Shown here: positions 61,430 to 64,000 of the stretch, piece after piece
Position numbering within the stretch: position 1 is the first letter of the stretch
Layout: each line of letters begins with the position of its first letter
Assembly: GCA_963809895.1 (NCBI GenBank)
Contig: CAWELD010000010.1
Coordinates: forward strand, 544,001 to 608,000
Direction: 5' to 3'
Source: an uncultured Gemmatimonadales bacterium
GTDB taxonomy: Bacteria > Gemmatimonadota > Gemmatimonadetes > Longimicrobiales > Gaopeijiaceae
DNA length: 64,000 bases
Notes under the pieces: generated by a model
What the model was told of the DNA's origin: nothing
What the model saw: only the letters and a program-made list of their open reading frames with translations
The model's database searches: none
Program-made: the position numbers and the translations under genes

Positions 61430-61680
61430 TGCGCAAGTCGGACAGATAGCAGAGAGGGTCGACTGCAGTCGTATCTCCGGCCCTTGGGTGGGCGCATTCA
61501 GTTGGCCCTGGCCACGATGGAAAGTCGCGCGTGGGGTGCCTATCGATTTCACGGCCCTGGAGGCGCACGTTTGTTATCGGCTCCTCCCCACGCCGGTCCG
61601 CCCGGTCTGCCATCGATGTCGTCTCAACGCAGTTCGTCGATTCAGATCCTCCTTGTTCTGAGTGGCGGGCGTGTGTGATG
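61430..61680 (-). ncRNA. Predicted bridge/seekRNA region of the IS
   Basis: Stem GCGTGGGG/CCCCACGC (61529-61536 / 61586-61593) encloses two target-matching segments; two IS-end-matching segments follow. The RNA ends are not determined. Confidence 0.7.
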
Positions 61681-61681
61681 C

Positions 61682-62704
61682 CTACGCGGCGTGCCGCGGC
61701 TCGAAGTCCCGTTGGTCCCGCCACACTCTCCAGGCGACACGGGCGAGCTTATTGGCAAGCGCGACGGCGGCCAGGTTGAAGTTCTTCCGGTTCTTGAGCT
61801 CCAAGGCCCAGGTGCGGAGGTCGTCCGGTTCGTCGGCCACCATCCCGGCGCGCAGGGCCGAGCGAGCCCCGTGGATGAGGAGCATGCGGAGGTAGGTGTT
61901 GCCGCGCTTGGTGATGCGGCCCAGTCGTCGAACCGCTCCGGAGCTGTGCTCCCGCGGTGTGAGCCCGAGATAGTCCGCGAAGCTCCGGCACGAAGGGAAG
62001 CGCTGCACGTCGCCGACGAAGGCGACCATCGCGGTGGCGGTGAGCATCCCGATCCCGGGTACGCTCATCAGATGGCGGGCGTCGGGCATGTGATGGGTTA
62101 GCCGCTCCAAACGCTGCTCGATGTCCTTGGCCCGAGCCGCGAGGCGTTCAATGTCGTCGAGCAACTCGAGCAGCACCCCGCCGAGCAAGTCCGGCACCGC
62201 CCCCTGCGTGAGCGCCGAGCGCGCGAAAGGAACCACCTTCCTCGCACCGGCGGGGATGTTCACTCCGTACTCGCGAAGGTGACCTCGAACCGCGTTGATG
62301 CGTGCCGTCCGGGTCTGCAGGTAGCCGGAGCGGATCCGGTGCAGGGCTGCCATGGCCTGCTGCTCTTCGGACTTCACGGGCACCGCATCGATGGCCCGAT
62401 TCCTCGAAGCCTCCAGCAACGCCTTGGTGTCGGTCCGGTCTGTCTTGTTGCCGTCCCTATACCGACGGACATCCCCAGCCGGCAGCAGACGCACCTGGTG
62501 GCCCATGGCTCGACACTCTCGGCCCCAGTAGTGCGCCGTGCCGCAGGCCTCCATCAGGATCTCCGACGGTGCCTGTGTCTCCAGGAACCGCCGGAACCCG
62601 GATCGATTGAGCCGCCGGTGCTCGGTGACTTGCCCCACCTCGTGCGATACCGCGATCTCGAACACGCTCTTTGCCAGATCCACTGCCACCTGCGTAGTCT
62701 TCAT
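61682..62704 (-). CDS. IS110-family DEDD transposase/recombinase
   Basis: AVDLAK, MEAC, KTDRTD, SVPGIG and GLTPREHSSG. Confidence 0.96.
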   Translation of the reverse strand: MKTTQVAVDLAKSVFEIAVSHEVGQVTEHRRLNRSGFRRFLETQAPSEILMEACGTAHYWGRECRAMGHQVRLLPAGDVRRYRDGNKTDRTDTKALLEASRNRAIDAVPVKSEEQQAMAALHRIRSGYLQTRTARINAVRGHLREYGVNIPAGARKVVPFARSALTQGAVPDLLGGVLLELLDDIERLAARAKDIEQRLERLTHHMPDARHLMSVPGIGMLTATAMVAFVGDVQRFPSCRSFADYLGLTPREHSSGAVRRLGRITKRGNTYLRMLLIHGARSALRAGMVADEPDDLRTWALELKNRKNFNLAAVALANKLARVAWRVWRDQRDFEPRHAA

Positions 62705-62911
62705 CGGGACTCCTCCTTCGGGCTTGGCCTTCGGGGCCGTTCGTGTCAGTGGCAGAGTGCTGCCACTCCGGAGGGGGAGTCCATCCCATCAATTCCTACT
62801 GCGTGCTCAACGACCGAAAGGGTCGCGCGCGAGGCGCGCGGTCGACATCATGAGGCACGCAGCAGAGTCGCAAATTCGTTATGTGGTCGTCGTCAGCCTG
62901 AAGAAGACACC

Positions 62912-63850
62912 GTGCAAGGAACCGTAGCGAACACCGACCGCGGTTGGTACGAGTTCCTTCGAGGTCGTCCTGACCTCGCCGAGGTCAACTTCTGGTCGCC
63001 ATCTCCGAGGCGAGCCTTCCGCGGCGATCCCATGACCCCGTTCTTTTTTCGACTCAAGGCCCCGCACAAGGCCGTAGCCGGCTTTGCATTCTTCGGGCGT
63101 TACGGACGGCTCCCCGTTTGGCTGGCTTGGGAGGCGTTCGGTGCGGGGAATGGAACGGATTCGCTGGCCGACCTGAAGGATCGACTTCAGACGCTACGGG
63201 ACCACATCCGCTTCGACCCTCCGCCTGGTCCCGACGAGATCGGCTGCACGATTCTGCTCGAGCCCGTTTTCTTCCCCGAAGACTTGTGGGTTCCGGAGCC
63301 GGCGGACTGGAAAGGCCGAACGCAGGGGTATCGGTACTATGACCTTGAGTCCGGCGAAGGCGAACTCTTGTGGAGGCGCTGCCGAGAAGCGGCCCGTCTG
63401 GTATCGGAGCGCTCCTACTCCGAGCCGGCTGCTGTGATTGAGCGGGCCACGCGCTACGGTGCGCCGCATCTCGTGCTGCCTCGAATGGGCCAGGGAACGT
63501 TCCGCATCGCCACCCTCCAAGCGTATGAGAAGGCCTGCGCAGTAACGGGAGAGCACTCCCTGCCGGCCTTGGAGGCAGCGCACATCTGGCCGTTCCATGC
63601 TGGTGGGCAGCACGAAGTGTCCAACGGCATCCTCCTGCGGGCGGATCTCCACCGCCTGTTTGATCGGGGCTACGTCACCGTTACTCCGGATCTGACACTT
63701 CGCGTTAGCCCACGGCTAAGAGCGGACTTCGACAACGGGAGGAGCTACTACCCGTTCGACGAGAAGCCGGTGCGCGTACCGTCCAAGGACACAGAGCGTC
63801 CCAACCCGGAGCACCTGGATTGGCATGGTCGGAATGTGTTCCTCGGGTGA
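62912..63850 (+). CDS. Cassette 4: HNH endonuclease (putative restriction nuclease)
   Basis: CAVTG...LEAAHI...NGILLRADLHRLFD; N-terminal NTDRGWYEFL...EVNFW domain. Confidence 0.85.
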   Translation: MQGTVANTDRGWYEFLRGRPDLAEVNFWSPSPRRAFRGDPMTPFFFRLKAPHKAVAGFAFFGRYGRLPVWLAWEAFGAGNGTDSLADLKDRLQTLRDHIRFDPPPGPDEIGCTILLEPVFFPEDLWVPEPADWKGRTQGYRYYDLESGEGELLWRRCREAARLVSERSYSEPAAVIERATRYGAPHLVLPRMGQGTFRIATLQAYEKACAVTGEHSLPALEAAHIWPFHAGGQHEVSNGILLRADLHRLFDRGYVTVTPDLTLRVSPRLRADFDNGRSYYPFDEKPVRVPSKDTERPNPEHLDWHGRNVFLG

Positions 63851-63855
63851 CGCCC

Positions 63856-63974
63856 ACATAACACGGGTTTCCTGCTGACGCGGCTGGCACCCGGCTCCGG
63901 TAGCCGTTCGCCTTGCAGCTCACGACTCCGGGGCAGCATTGTGGTCGCGCAGCAGAAACCCGAAGTCGTTAGAG
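63856..63974 (+). other. attC4 (119 bp); a fifth cassette begins at the window edge
   Basis: R'' ACATAAC and R' GTTAGAG; CGGGTTT(C)CTGCTG/CAGCAGAAACCCG. Confidence 0.92.
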
Positions 63975-64000
63975 CGCAGCTCTGTCACCGTCGTCTATTG

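Larger units (their letters stand above)
61407..62791 (-). mobile_element. IS110-family, IS1111-type insertion sequence in attC
   Basis: 11-bp subterminal IR TGGACTCCCCC (61411-61421) / GGGGGAGTCCA (62773-62783); no target duplication; non-coding region downstream of tnp. Confidence 0.92.
61395..62884 (+). other. attC3, interrupted by an IS (left part 61395-61406, right part 62792-62884)
   Basis: R'' GTCTAAC and R' GTTATGT; the right part closely resembles attC1; rejoined GCG|ATT pairs with AGTCGC. Confidence 0.88.

Noticed and set aside
62279..62911. N-terminal extension of the HNH ORF to 523 aa
   Set aside because: It runs through the IS and attC3; the plausible start is the GTG at 62912.

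Overview
This is a GC-rich bacterial chromosomal segment. The gene families (ADOP-PadR pairs, tricorn, S9, M28 and Zn peptidases, an ECF-kinase pair, GPGEF beta-propellers) suggest a Gemmatimonadota-like organism; that is inference only. From left to right it holds: a 2-oxoacid:acceptor oxidoreductase operon with a gamma/GltD-like/ferredoxin fusion; a CarH-type B12 photoreceptor divergent from a fasciclin gene; transporters and peptidases; two ADOP permease-PadR modules separated by three copies of a 178-bp element with inverted-repeat ends; a hybrid histidine kinase; an expanded NHEJ locus (LigD, Ku, stand-alone POL and PE genes, a MerR-HTH/TPR gene); ion transporters; a frameshifted P-loop NTPase-TPR gene; and an ECF sigma/Ser-Thr kinase module upstream of a multidomain serine hydrolase, an OmpA protein and a lipoprotein. 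The last ~7 kb is an integron whose intI is co-oriented with, and upstream of, attI and the array. It has four complete cassettes (propeller pseudogene, BrnT/BrnA, propeller, HNH nuclease). An IS1111-type IS110 element sits inside attC3, and its non-coding region carries four short segments matching both sides of the attC target and both IS ends, i.e. a readable bridge/seekRNA. Several single-base frameshifts may be assembly errors.
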